Positions 10,490-22,956 of a DNA stretch of 64,000 nucleotides are shown in pieces; the stretch's first letter is position 1; the number at the start of each line of letters is the position of its first letter. A program made the translations under genes and the position numbers. The notes below the pieces were generated by a model. The model was not told where the DNA came from. It ran no database searches and saw only the letters and a list, made by a program, of their open reading frames with translations. Source of the stretch: Myxococcales bacterium (GTDB lineage: Bacteria; Myxococcota_A; Polyangia; Nannocystales; Nannocystaceae); NCBI GenBank assembly GCA_020633295.1, contig JACKDW010000006.1:398181-462180 (forward strand). The letters run 5' to 3'.

Positions 10490-11923
10490 GTGCGAAGTTG
10501 CCACGCGATGGTTCGCGCGCAGCAGGGTGAGCATCGCGCTCGCCGGGCGCTCGCCTTGACGCTGCTGACGATCCCGGCCTGCGTCGAGCCCTGGACGCCC
10601 AGCGCCTCGAGCGGACCAATTGGTCAGGTAGCGTCGAGCGCCACCGACAGCGGCGCGACGCTCGACGACGGCGCGACCACAGGCGCGAGCGCGAGCCCGA
10701 GCGCCGGCGCGGGCTCGACCGCCGCGTCCACTGGCGGTGAGCCGGACGCCTCGACCACGGGCGCGAAGTTCGACGTCGGCCAGCAGCCCGACAGCCCGCC
10801 CGCGCCGGGCTGCCCCGGCGATGGGCCCGACCTCATCTATAGCCACATCTGGATCGCCAACTCGCCGCTGGGCACGGTCTCGAAGATCGACACGCGCACG
10901 CGCGTCGAGCTCGCGCGCTACGTCACCGCGCCCGACCACGCCGGCAACCCGTCGCGGACCTCGGTCAACCGCGCCGGCGACGTCGCCGTGGTCAACCGCG
11001 CCGGCGGCGTCGTCAAGATCGCCGGGCAGCTCTCGCGCTGCGTCGACCGCGACGGCGACGGCCTGCGGACGACCGCCACGAGCCCGACCGCGCTGCCCTG
11101 GGGCGACGACGAGTGCGTGCTCTGGTACACGCCGCTGCCCGTCGAGTCACGCCCGGCCGCGTGGACGCCGGGCGAGCTCGTCACGGCGCCGACGCCCGAC
11201 GACGACGGCTGCAAGCTCGCGCTGCACGACGCGCGCCTGTGGACCTCGGCGCCTGTCGGTTCGGACATCCACGTGTACCTGCTCGACGGCGAGACCGGCG
11301 ACGTCGAGGGGACCGCGGTGATCCCCGGCATCGCCGGTCCGCTCGGCGTGTACGGCGGGGCCGTCAACGCGGCCGGCGACTTCTGGGGCGTCGTCTACCC
11401 GTACGGCCCGCTCGTCCGCGTCGCGCTCGCGGACCTCGCCCACGAGGTCATCGAGCTCGCGATCCCGAGCGCCTACGGCTTCACCGTCGACGCCCACGGG
11501 CGCCCGTGGGTCGGCGGCTTCGACGGCGCGCTGCAGCGGCTGCACCCGACCACGCACTCGTGGGTCACGGTCGACACCGGCGGGCTCTGGAGCCTGATGC
11601 GCGGCATGACCGAGGACCAGGACGGCGTGCTGTGGGTCGCCACGCTCGCGCCGCCCGGGCTGCTGATGGTCGACACGACCAGCGCCGAGGCGATCGCGCA
11701 CCTCGGCGAGGCCGAGCTCCCCGGCGTCGACACGCCGACCGGCGCGAGCGTGGACGGCGAGGGGAAGATCTGGCTCGTCGACCAGCAGAAAGACGGCGGC
11801 GGCGCGTTCGTGTTCGATCCCGTGACCGCCGAGCTCGACTTCGTCGGGGGGCTCGACGCCCCCTACACGTACTCCGACATGACCGGCTGGGCGCTCGGCA
11901 ACGTCGCGCCGCCGAGCGGCTGA
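10490..11923 (+). CDS. Putative lipoprotein, beta-propeller-like secreted protein
   Basis: Signal with lipobox LLTIPAC, Ser/Thr/Gly-rich linker, then a repetitive Gly/Asp/Trp/Val-rich body typical of beta-propeller repeats. The alternative GTG or ATG at 10508 is a likelier start. Confidence 0.6.
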   Translation: MRSCHAMVRAQQGEHRARRALALTLLTIPACVEPWTPSASSGPIGQVASSATDSGATLDDGATTGASASPSAGAGSTAASTGGEPDASTTGAKFDVGQQPDSPPAPGCPGDGPDLIYSHIWIANSPLGTVSKIDTRTRVELARYVTAPDHAGNPSRTSVNRAGDVAVVNRAGGVVKIAGQLSRCVDRDGDGLRTTATSPTALPWGDDECVLWYTPLPVESRPAAWTPGELVTAPTPDDDGCKLALHDARLWTSAPVGSDIHVYLLDGETGDVEGTAVIPGIAGPLGVYGGAVNAAGDFWGVVYPYGPLVRVALADLAHEVIELAIPSAYGFTVDAHGRPWVGGFDGALQRLHPTTHSWVTVDTGGLWSLMRGMTEDQDGVLWVATLAPPGLLMVDTTSAEAIAHLGEAELPGVDTPTGASVDGEGKIWLVDQQKDGGGAFVFDPVTAELDFVGGLDAPYTYSDMTGWALGNVAPPSG

Positions 11924-12099
11924 GCGCGCGCGCGCACGCGCGTCGTCACGCGCCCGCGCGCCGAGGAACGACGCTCGGCGGCCGCGGCCGCCCGCGCGTG
12001 GCGTTCCGCCGCACTTGAACACATGTCATTCAATACATGAACAAAGATACGGTTTGAACCTCGGGCGACAACGCGCCCGCCCGGCGAGCGTCGGCCGCG

Positions 12100-15646
<3,547 letters not shown>

Positions 15647-15929
15647 CGCGCGCCGAGTAACATGTCTTTACAACCATCCGGTGACGCCGCGCGCGCCCCC
15701 GGGGCGCGCGACGTCGCGAAGGGCGAGGCGCGACGCGAGCGCACGAGCGCCGGCAGGTCACGGCGCGGTCGAGGTGCCGCCTGATCAACCGCCGTCCCTG
15801 CCCCCACACACGACAGCGGCGGGGCGCCGCCGACCCCGCGAGCGTCCTCGCGCCCGGCCCGTCGGGCCTCTACGCGGGCCAGGAGCGCGCTTCCTGCGGG
15901 GTGTGGAGAAACGCCACAGCCCGAATAAA

Positions 15930-16160
15930 TCCAAACACTTACAAACGAGGACGCCCACTTCCGCGCCGACTCAGGGTTTCCCACAAGTTATCCACATGGA
16001 ATCTACAGTGATCTGAAAAACATAAATTTCTTTCCCACAAACCGCGGATTCCGCGCCACCAGACGCTCGTGACATGTCTTGAAAGACCTGACGAGTCGTA
16101 CACCTTCGCGCGCGCGCCGGGCGTGGCCGCGCGCGTCGCCGCCGCTGTCTAAAAAGACAT
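15930..16160. promoter_or_regulatory. AT-richer intergenic segment with short inverted repeats upstream of the giant kinase gene (candidate promoter/operator region)
   Basis: GC content drops locally (cgaataaatccaaacacttacaaacgagg...gatctgaaaaacataaatttctttccc). Inverted repeats GTCTT-GA-AAGAC (about 16075) and TGTCT-AAAA-AGACA (about 16146). Located in the 920-bp gap between the histidine kinase stop and the 16583 start. Confidence 0.25.
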
Positions 16161-16582
16161 CTCGTCGCCGACGCGCGTCCCCGCGTCCTCGTGCACATAC
16201 AACGAGTCACGCCGCGCGGGACCTCGCGCGCGCGCGCGCCGTCAGCGGCGCGCGCGGCCCCAGCGCAGCCCGCGCGGCGCGCACGGCCAGCGCGCGACGA
16301 CGAGCCATCGACGCACGCGCGCTGCGGGCCCGGCGTCTCGCGCGCGACGACGACGGATCACGACCCGCGCGCGCGCGGGCTCCCGCGTGATCGTGCGCCC
16401 GCGCGTGCCGGCGTCGCGGCCCCGGCTGCGCGCGCGCGGCTCGGATCTCGATCTGTCCATAAAGACTCCTGAAATCGAGCGCCCCGCTGAGCGCCTCGCG
16501 CGTTTTCGCGTTAGCCGCGACGCTGCGGGCGCGCAGCGGAGATTTCGCCGGGATGCGATGGGCGATAGACTTCCTGTAAGGA

Positions 16583-19500
16583 ATGAGCCCGCCTCCTCCC
16601 GCTGCGGGCAGCGCCCCGCCCGAACGCCCGGAGCACCCGACGCAGATCGGCCACTTCTCCGTGCTCTACACGCTCGGCGAGGGCGGCATGGGCGTCGTCT
16701 ACGCGGCGCGAGACAACAAGCTCGGACGCAAGGTCGCGATCAAGGTCGTCCACAAGGCGCCGGGCGAGGAGTCGCGCGGTCGCGCGCGCATGCTGCGGGA
16801 GGCGCAGGCGATGGCTCGCCTCTCGCACCCCAACGTCGTCCAGGTCTACGAGGTCGGCGAGCACGACGGCCAGGTCTACGTCGCCATGGAGTTCGTCAAG
16901 GGGCGGACGCTGCGCGACTGGCAGCGCGAGGCGACGCGCTCGTGGAAGGAGGTCCTCGAGCGCTACATCGAGGCGGCGCGCGGGCTCGCGGCGGCCCACA
17001 AGAAGGGCCTGGTGCACTGCGACTTCAAGCCGCACAACGTGCTCGTCGACGACGAGGAGGGCCGCGTGCGCGTCCTCGACTTCGGGCTCGCGCGCACGTA
17101 CCACCAGCAGAGCGTCAACGTGAAGGCGCGCAAGGCCGCGGCGCTCGGCGCCCAGCGGGCCGGGCTCGAGACGCTCGAGACCTCCATGACCATGTCGGAC
17201 ATGGTCACCGGCACGCCCGCGTACATGTCCCCTGAGCAGTATCAGGGCAAGCGCGCGACCGCGTTCTCCGACCAGTTCAGCTTCTGCGTCGCGCTCTACG
17301 AGGGGCTCTACGGCGCGCGCCCGTTCTCGGGGCAGAACCCGGCCGCGCTCGCGTTCCAGGTCAGCGCGGGCGAGATCGAGGACCCCCCGCGCGACGCCAA
17401 GGTCCCGAGCTGGCTGCGCCGCGTGATCGTCCGCGGGCTCGCGCCCGATCCGGAGGAGCGCTGGCCGTCGATGGAGGCGCTGATGTCGGCGCTGCAGCGC
17501 GACGCCGGCGCGGCGCGGCGCTACCGGGTGCGCATCGAGGGCATCAACATCGAGCGCTTCAAGCTGCTCTCCTCGGCCGGCTACGTGCAGCTCAAGCCGT
17601 TCCGCGACGGGCAGGCGACGGTCATCTACGCCGGCGCGCGCGAGGAGGACCACCTGCCCGTGCTCGTCAAGCTGCTGCGCAACGAGGCGCCGACGCCGAG
17701 CGAGCTGGCGCGGATGCGACGCGAGCGCGCGCTGCTCGAGCGCTTCGACGACCCGGGCGTGCTGCGCGTGGTCAAGCTCGAGCACCACGGCCGCGGGCTC
17801 GCGCTCGTGCTCGAGAACTTCAGCGCCGCGTCGCTGCGCCAGCGCATCGTCGAGACCGGCGGGCTCGCGATCGACGAGTTCCTGCGCTTCGCCACGCGGG
17901 CCGTCGACGCGCTCGCGGTCGTGCACGCCGAGGGCCTCGTGCACAAGGACATCAGCCCCGACCACATCCTGCTGCACCGCGCGAGCGGGCGCGTCGCGCT
18001 GATGGACTTCGACGTCGCCTCCGAGATCTCCGAGGAGGCGCCCTCGGTCGTCGACCCCGATCAGCTCGAGGGCACGCTCGCCTACATGGCGCCCGAGCAG
18101 ACCGGGCGGATGAACCGCAAGGTCGACTACCGCAGCGACTACTACGCGCTCGGCGTGACCTTCTACGAGGCGCTGACGGGCCAGCTGCCCTTTGAGACCT
18201 CTCACCCGATGGAGCTGGTGCACGCCCACATCGCGCTCGCGCCCACGCCCCCGAGCGAGGTCTCCGCCAACGTCCCCGAGGCGCTCTCGCGCATCATCCT
18301 GCGGCTGATGTCCAAGACCGCGGAGGACCGCTACCAGAGCGCCGACGGGCTGCGCCTGGACCTCGAGCGCTGCGCCCGCGAGTGGGAGCGCCACGGCTGG
18401 ATCGAGGACTTCCCGCCCGGCGAGCACGACACCTCCGACAACTTCCAGATCCCGCAGAAGCTCTACGGGCGCGAGCACAGCGTCAACCTGCTGATGGCGG
18501 CCTTCGAGCGCGCCGCCGGCGGCTCGACCGAGGTCATGCTGATCGCGGGCCCCTCGGGCATCGGCAAGTCCGCGGTGATCCGCGAGGTCCACAAGCCGAT
18601 CGTCGCGCGCCGCGGCTACTTCATCTCCGGCAAGTCGGACCCGCTCAGCCGCGACGTCCCCTACACCGCGGTCATCCAGGCGTTCCAGGACCTGTTCCGT
18701 CAGCTCCTGCGCGAGTCCGACGACTCGCTGCAGCGCTGGCGCGAGATGCTGCTCGACGCGCTCGGCGGCCAGGGGCACGTGCTGATCGACGTGCTGCCCG
18801 AGCTCGAGCTCGTCATCGGCGCGCAGCCGCCGGTCTCGCAGCTGCCGCCCACGGAGTCCGCCAACCGCTTCCGCACGCTGTTCCGCAAGCTCGTGCAGGT
18901 GTTCGCGCGCGACGAGCACCCGCTCGTGATGTTCCTCGACGACCTGCAGTGGAGCGACCTCGCCGCGCTCAAGCTGATCGAGCAGCTCGCGATCGACAAC
19001 GAGCTCTCCGACCTGCTGATCCTCGGCGCCTACCGCGATCACGAGGTCCCGCCCGATCACCTGCTCAACCAGATCGTGCGCGCGATCGAGGAGTCGGGCC
19101 GCGTCGTCGCGCGCCACACCCTGCAGCCGCTCGACCTCGACCACACCGCCGCGCTCGTCCGCGACACGCTGACGCCGAGCCCGCGCGACACGAGCGACCT
19201 GGTCCGCGTCATCCAGACCAAGACCGAGGGCAACCCCTTCTTCGTCCGCGTGCTGCTCAGCTCGCTGTACGAGCAGGGCGTGCTCCGCTTCGACCGCAGC
19301 GCGGGCGGCTGGAGCTGGGACGACGCCGAGGTCGCGAGCGCGCGCATCAGCGACGACATCGTCGCGCTGATGAGCGCGCGCATCGGCGAGCTCGCGCCCG
19401 CGACCCGCAACGCGATCGAGCACGCCGCGTGCCTCGGCAACCGCTTCACGCTCGAGCTGCTCGCGATCATCACCGAGCAGGAGCCGCGGATCGTCGCGCG

Positions 19501-22500
19501 CGACCTGTGGGAGGCGCTCGAGCGCGGCCTCGTGCAGGCGCTCGGCGACTCGTACAAGTACGTCGGCGCGTCCTCCGAGGGCTCGTCGACCACGCTCACG
19601 CTCCCGCACGACATCGAGTACCGCTTCGTCCACGACAAGGTGCAGCACGCCGCCTACTCGCGGCTCGAGGTCCGGCGGCGCCAGGAGATCCACCTCCGCG
19701 TCGGCCGCCTGCTGCTCGCGCGCGCCGAGTCCGAGGGCGAGGAGCTGGGCGAGCGGCTGTTCACGGTCACCGCCCACCTCGCCGCCGCCGCGCCGCTGAT
19801 CACCGCGCCGGCCGAGCGCCTCAACCTCGCGCGCCTCAACCTCGCCGCGGGCCGGCGCGCCAAGCTCGCGATCGCGTACCGCTCGGCGGTCAGCCACCTG
19901 CGCAGCGGGATCGACCTGCTGCCCGACGAGGCCTGGCGCGACCAGTACGACCTGACCTTCGCGCTGCACCGCGAGCTGATGGAGTCCGAGTACCTCGGCG
20001 GCAACGTCGAGGCCGCGCTCGTGCTGTTTCAGCCGCTCGTCGCGCGCGCGCGCACCGACCTCGAGCGCGCGCAGATCTACGAGCTGAAGGTCTCGCTCGA
20101 GACCTACCGCAAGCAGAACTCGCTCGCGCTCTCCACCGCGTTCGAGGGCCTCGCGCAGCTCGGCGTCCACCTGCCGCAGACCGCGACCGTGCCGATCGTG
20201 CTCGTCGAGTTCCTGCGCGTGCAGCTCGCCCGCCGCTGGCGCGCCGCCGACGACCTCACCGACCTCCCAGAGCTCCACGAGCCGCGCAAGACGCTGCTGC
20301 AGCGCCTGCTGACGACCGCGGTGCCCGCGGCCTACTTCGTCGACACCAAGCTCGCCGCGCTGATCCTGCTCAAGAGCGCCCGGATCTCGCTGCGAGATGG
20401 CTACACGGACATGTCGGCCTTCGGCGTCGCCGGCTACGGCTTCGTGCTCTCCGGCGTGTTCGGGCGGCACGACGAGGCCTACGAGTTCGGCAAGCTCGCG
20501 CTGCGCCTCAACGAGCGGTTCAAGAACTCCTGGCTCGACGTCAAGCTCGACTTCCTCGTCGGGCTGTTCATCGCCAACTGGGTCGAGCCGTTCGCCGCCG
20601 CGCGCCGCCGGCTGCACCGCAGCTACCAGCAGGGCATCCAGCAGGGCGACCTCGCGTTCGCGCTCTACAGCGGCGTCATGTACATCAACGTCGCGCTCGT
20701 CGAGGGCCAGACGGTCGACCGGATCTACGGGCTCGCCGAGAGCATGGAGCCGACGGCGCAGCGCGCCGGCGAGATCGACGGCATCGCGATGCTCAGCTCG
20801 ATCAAGCGCATGTGCATGGCGCTGCGCGGGCAGACGCTGCAGCCGACGCGCTTCGACACCGTCGACTGGGCCGAGGCCGACTTCGCCGCGGGCCTCGACG
20901 ACAAGACGACGCCGCAGGCGATGTTCTATTACAACCTGCACAAGCTGATCGCGCTGTACCTGTTCGGCGAGTTCGAGGCGGCGCGCGAGGTCAGCGGGCG
21001 GCTCGAGGCGCGGCTCGAGACGGTGCTCGCGCAGCCGGCCAGCGCGGACTTCGTGTTCTACGACGCGCTCACGGCCGCGGCGCGCTACGGCGCGGCGTCC
21101 CGCAGCGAGCGCCGGCGGATCCGCACCACGCTCGCGCGCGCGACCAAGAAGCTGCGCCGCTGGAGCGGCTTCTGCCCCAACAACTTCGCGGCGCGCCTGC
21201 TGATCGTCCGCGCCGAGCAGTCGCGCGTGCTCGGCCGCCGCGACGCGTTCATCCTCTATAACCAGGCGATCCAGACCGCGCGCACGCACGAGTCGATCAT
21301 CTGCGAGGCGCTCGCGCTCGAGATGACCGCACGCTACGCGCTCACCGCGGGCTACGAGGTCGCGGTCGAGTCCTACGCGACCGCGGCCTGCGACGCCTAC
21401 CGCCGCTGGGGCGCGCGCGCCAAGGTCGAGCAGCTCAGCCAGGAGTTCGGCGACCACTTCCCGATCTACGCGCTGCCGCCCGCGCCCGAGGAGCCCGAGG
21501 AGACGCAGTCGTCGTCCGCGACCATGACCTCGACGGCGCAGGACCTCGACCGTGTCAGCCGCACCTTCCAGTCGATCGTCGACGACCTCAACCTCGACGG
21601 CCTGCTCACCAACATGACGCAGACGCTCACCGAGTTCACCGGGGCGCGGCACTGCGTCGTGCTGCTCGAGCGCGACGGCGCGCTGACGGTGGAGGCCGAG
21701 GGCGGGCTCCCGCCGATGTCGGTGCAGCTCGGCCGCGGGCGCGCGCCGTCAGACTCCACGCTGCTGTGCGCGGCGATCGTCAAGTACGTCGCGCGCACCC
21801 ACGAGCCGGTGCTGCTGACCAACGCCGCCGAGAGCGGCGACTTCACGAGCGACCCCTACATCAAGAGCGGCGCCGTGCGCTCGGTGCTGTGCGCGCCCAT
21901 GCTCCTGCGGCGCGACGATCTCGTCGGCGTGATCTACCTGGAGAACGGGCTCGCGCCGGACGTGTTCCGCCACGAGCACGTCGCCGCGCTCGCGCAGCTG
22001 CTGCCCCCGGTCGCGGTCGCGATCCGCACGGCGATGCGCGCCAATTCGTACCGGCGCTTCGTGCCCCACGCCGCGCTCGACCGGCTCGCCGAGCGGGTCA
22101 AGCGCGAGCTGCGTCCCGGCGATCACGTCAACATCGAGGGCACCGTGCAGGCGCTTTCGCTGCGGGGCACCGCCGCGATCGTCGGCGACGGGCGCGGCAT
22201 GCGGAGCGCGCTCGCGCTGCTCAACCGCTTCTTCGACGCGGCCGCGATGATCGTCGAGCGACACGGCGGCTTCGTCGCCGAGCGCTCCAGCGACTCGCTG
22301 ACCGCCTGCTACCCCGGGGGCTCAGGCCCCGCGCTGACCGCCGCGACCGAGCTGCTCGAGATCGGCCACGAGCTGTTCATGCACCGCGAGCACGCGAGCC
22401 GCTACGCCGGCGTCGACATCGGCATCGCGCTGCACGCTGGCCCCGTGACCGTCGGCGCCGTCGGCAGCGACCGCGAGCTCTCGCTCGTGATGCTCTCGCG

Positions 22501-22786
22501 CACGGTGACGATCGCGCGCGCGATGGCGCGGCGCTGCGACAGCTACGGCGCCTCGCTGATCCTGAGCGAGGCCGTCAAGGCGCAGCTCCCCGAGACAGGG
22601 CACCTCGAGATCCGCGCGCTCAACCGCCTCGACCCCGACGACGGCGGCGGGTCGATCCAGGTCTACGAGGTGTTCTCGGCGGTCCCTGGCGAGGGCGAGC
22701 CGATGAAGAGCTTCGCGGAGCGCTTCGCCCAGGACCTCCACGAGTCGCTCGAGGAGCCGCGGGCGGAGCTCCCAGGCGAGCGCTGA
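16583..22786 (+). CDS. Giant multidomain signalling protein: Ser/Thr kinase, second kinase-like domain, P-loop NTPase (AAA/STAND-like), helical/TPR-like region, GAF domain, and a C-terminal adenylyl/guanylyl cyclase homology domain that looks degenerate
   Basis: Kinase 1 has GEGGMGVVYAARD, VAIKVV, HCDFKPHNVLVD, DFGLAR, GTPAYMSPEQ. Kinase-like 2 has VHAEGLVHKDISPDHILL, DFDVASEI, GTLAYMAPEQ. Walker A LIAGPSGIGKS follows the LYGRE motif. GAF-like segment about aa 1600-1790. C-terminal fold resembles class III cyclases (GIALHAGPVTVGAVGS) but lacks the FxDIxGFT metal-binding signature. Confidence 0.85.
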   Translation: MSPPPPAAGSAPPERPEHPTQIGHFSVLYTLGEGGMGVVYAARDNKLGRKVAIKVVHKAPGEESRGRARMLREAQAMARLSHPNVVQVYEVGEHDGQVYVAMEFVKGRTLRDWQREATRSWKEVLERYIEAARGLAAAHKKGLVHCDFKPHNVLVDDEEGRVRVLDFGLARTYHQQSVNVKARKAAALGAQRAGLETLETSMTMSDMVTGTPAYMSPEQYQGKRATAFSDQFSFCVALYEGLYGARPFSGQNPAALAFQVSAGEIEDPPRDAKVPSWLRRVIVRGLAPDPEERWPSMEALMSALQRDAGAARRYRVRIEGINIERFKLLSSAGYVQLKPFRDGQATVIYAGAREEDHLPVLVKLLRNEAPTPSELARMRRERALLERFDDPGVLRVVKLEHHGRGLALVLENFSAASLRQRIVETGGLAIDEFLRFATRAVDALAVVHAEGLVHKDISPDHILLHRASGRVALMDFDVASEISEEAPSVVDPDQLEGTLAYMAPEQTGRMNRKVDYRSDYYALGVTFYEALTGQLPFETSHPMELVHAHIALAPTPPSEVSANVPEALSRIILRLMSKTAEDRYQSADGLRLDLERCAREWERHGWIEDFPPGEHDTSDNFQIPQKLYGREHSVNLLMAAFERAAGGSTEVMLIAGPSGIGKSAVIREVHKPIVARRGYFISGKSDPLSRDVPYTAVIQAFQDLFRQLLRESDDSLQRWREMLLDALGGQGHVLIDVLPELELVIGAQPPVSQLPPTESANRFRTLFRKLVQVFARDEHPLVMFLDDLQWSDLAALKLIEQLAIDNELSDLLILGAYRDHEVPPDHLLNQIVRAIEESGRVVARHTLQPLDLDHTAALVRDTLTPSPRDTSDLVRVIQTKTEGNPFFVRVLLSSLYEQGVLRFDRSAGGWSWDDAEVASARISDDIVALMSARIGELAPATRNAIEHAACLGNRFTLELLAIITEQEPRIVARDLWEALERGLVQALGDSYKYVGASSEGSSTTLTLPHDIEYRFVHDKVQHAAYSRLEVRRRQEIHLRVGRLLLARAESEGEELGERLFTVTAHLAAAAPLITAPAERLNLARLNLAAGRRAKLAIAYRSAVSHLRSGIDLLPDEAWRDQYDLTFALHRELMESEYLGGNVEAALVLFQPLVARARTDLERAQIYELKVSLETYRKQNSLALSTAFEGLAQLGVHLPQTATVPIVLVEFLRVQLARRWRAADDLTDLPELHEPRKTLLQRLLTTAVPAAYFVDTKLAALILLKSARISLRDGYTDMSAFGVAGYGFVLSGVFGRHDEAYEFGKLALRLNERFKNSWLDVKLDFLVGLFIANWVEPFAAARRRLHRSYQQGIQQGDLAFALYSGVMYINVALVEGQTVDRIYGLAESMEPTAQRAGEIDGIAMLSSIKRMCMALRGQTLQPTRFDTVDWAEADFAAGLDDKTTPQAMFYYNLHKLIALYLFGEFEAAREVSGRLEARLETVLAQPASADFVFYDALTAAARYGAASRSERRRIRTTLARATKKLRRWSGFCPNNFAARLLIVRAEQSRVLGRRDAFILYNQAIQTARTHESIICEALALEMTARYALTAGYEVAVESYATAACDAYRRWGARAKVEQLSQEFGDHFPIYALPPAPEEPEETQSSSATMTSTAQDLDRVSRTFQSIVDDLNLDGLLTNMTQTLTEFTGARHCVVLLERDGALTVEAEGGLPPMSVQLGRGRAPSDSTLLCAAIVKYVARTHEPVLLTNAAESGDFTSDPYIKSGAVRSVLCAPMLLRRDDLVGVIYLENGLAPDVFRHEHVAALAQLLPPVAVAIRTAMRANSYRRFVPHAALDRLAERVKRELRPGDHVNIEGTVQALSLRGTAAIVGDGRGMRSALALLNRFFDAAAMIVERHGGFVAERSSDSLTACYPGGSGPALTAATELLEIGHELFMHREHASRYAGVDIGIALHAGPVTVGAVGSDRELSLVMLSRTVTIARAMARRCDSYGASLILSEAVKAQLPETGHLEIRALNRLDPDDGGGSIQVYEVFSAVPGEGEPMKSFAERFAQDLHESLEEPRAELPGER

Positions 22787-22956
22787 CGCGGACGTCCACG
22801 CGCCCGCGCGGGCGCTCGCCCCCAGCTGGGGAGCGACCGCCGCAGCCGCGAATTGATATGCGTTAAAAGACACATTACCGACACCGCGTCGGCGCCGGCG
22901 CGCGTGACGTCGGGTCCGCGCCCGGGGTATTCTGCCGCCCTGCTCTGGAGGGTCGA

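Noticed and set aside
16511-21652. 1713-aa ORF on the minus strand
   Set aside because: Entirely antisense to the 2067-aa kinase gene, which has unambiguous kinase, P-loop, GAF and cyclase motifs. Its product is Arg/Ala/Gly/Leu-rich with no motifs, the typical GC-frame artefact.
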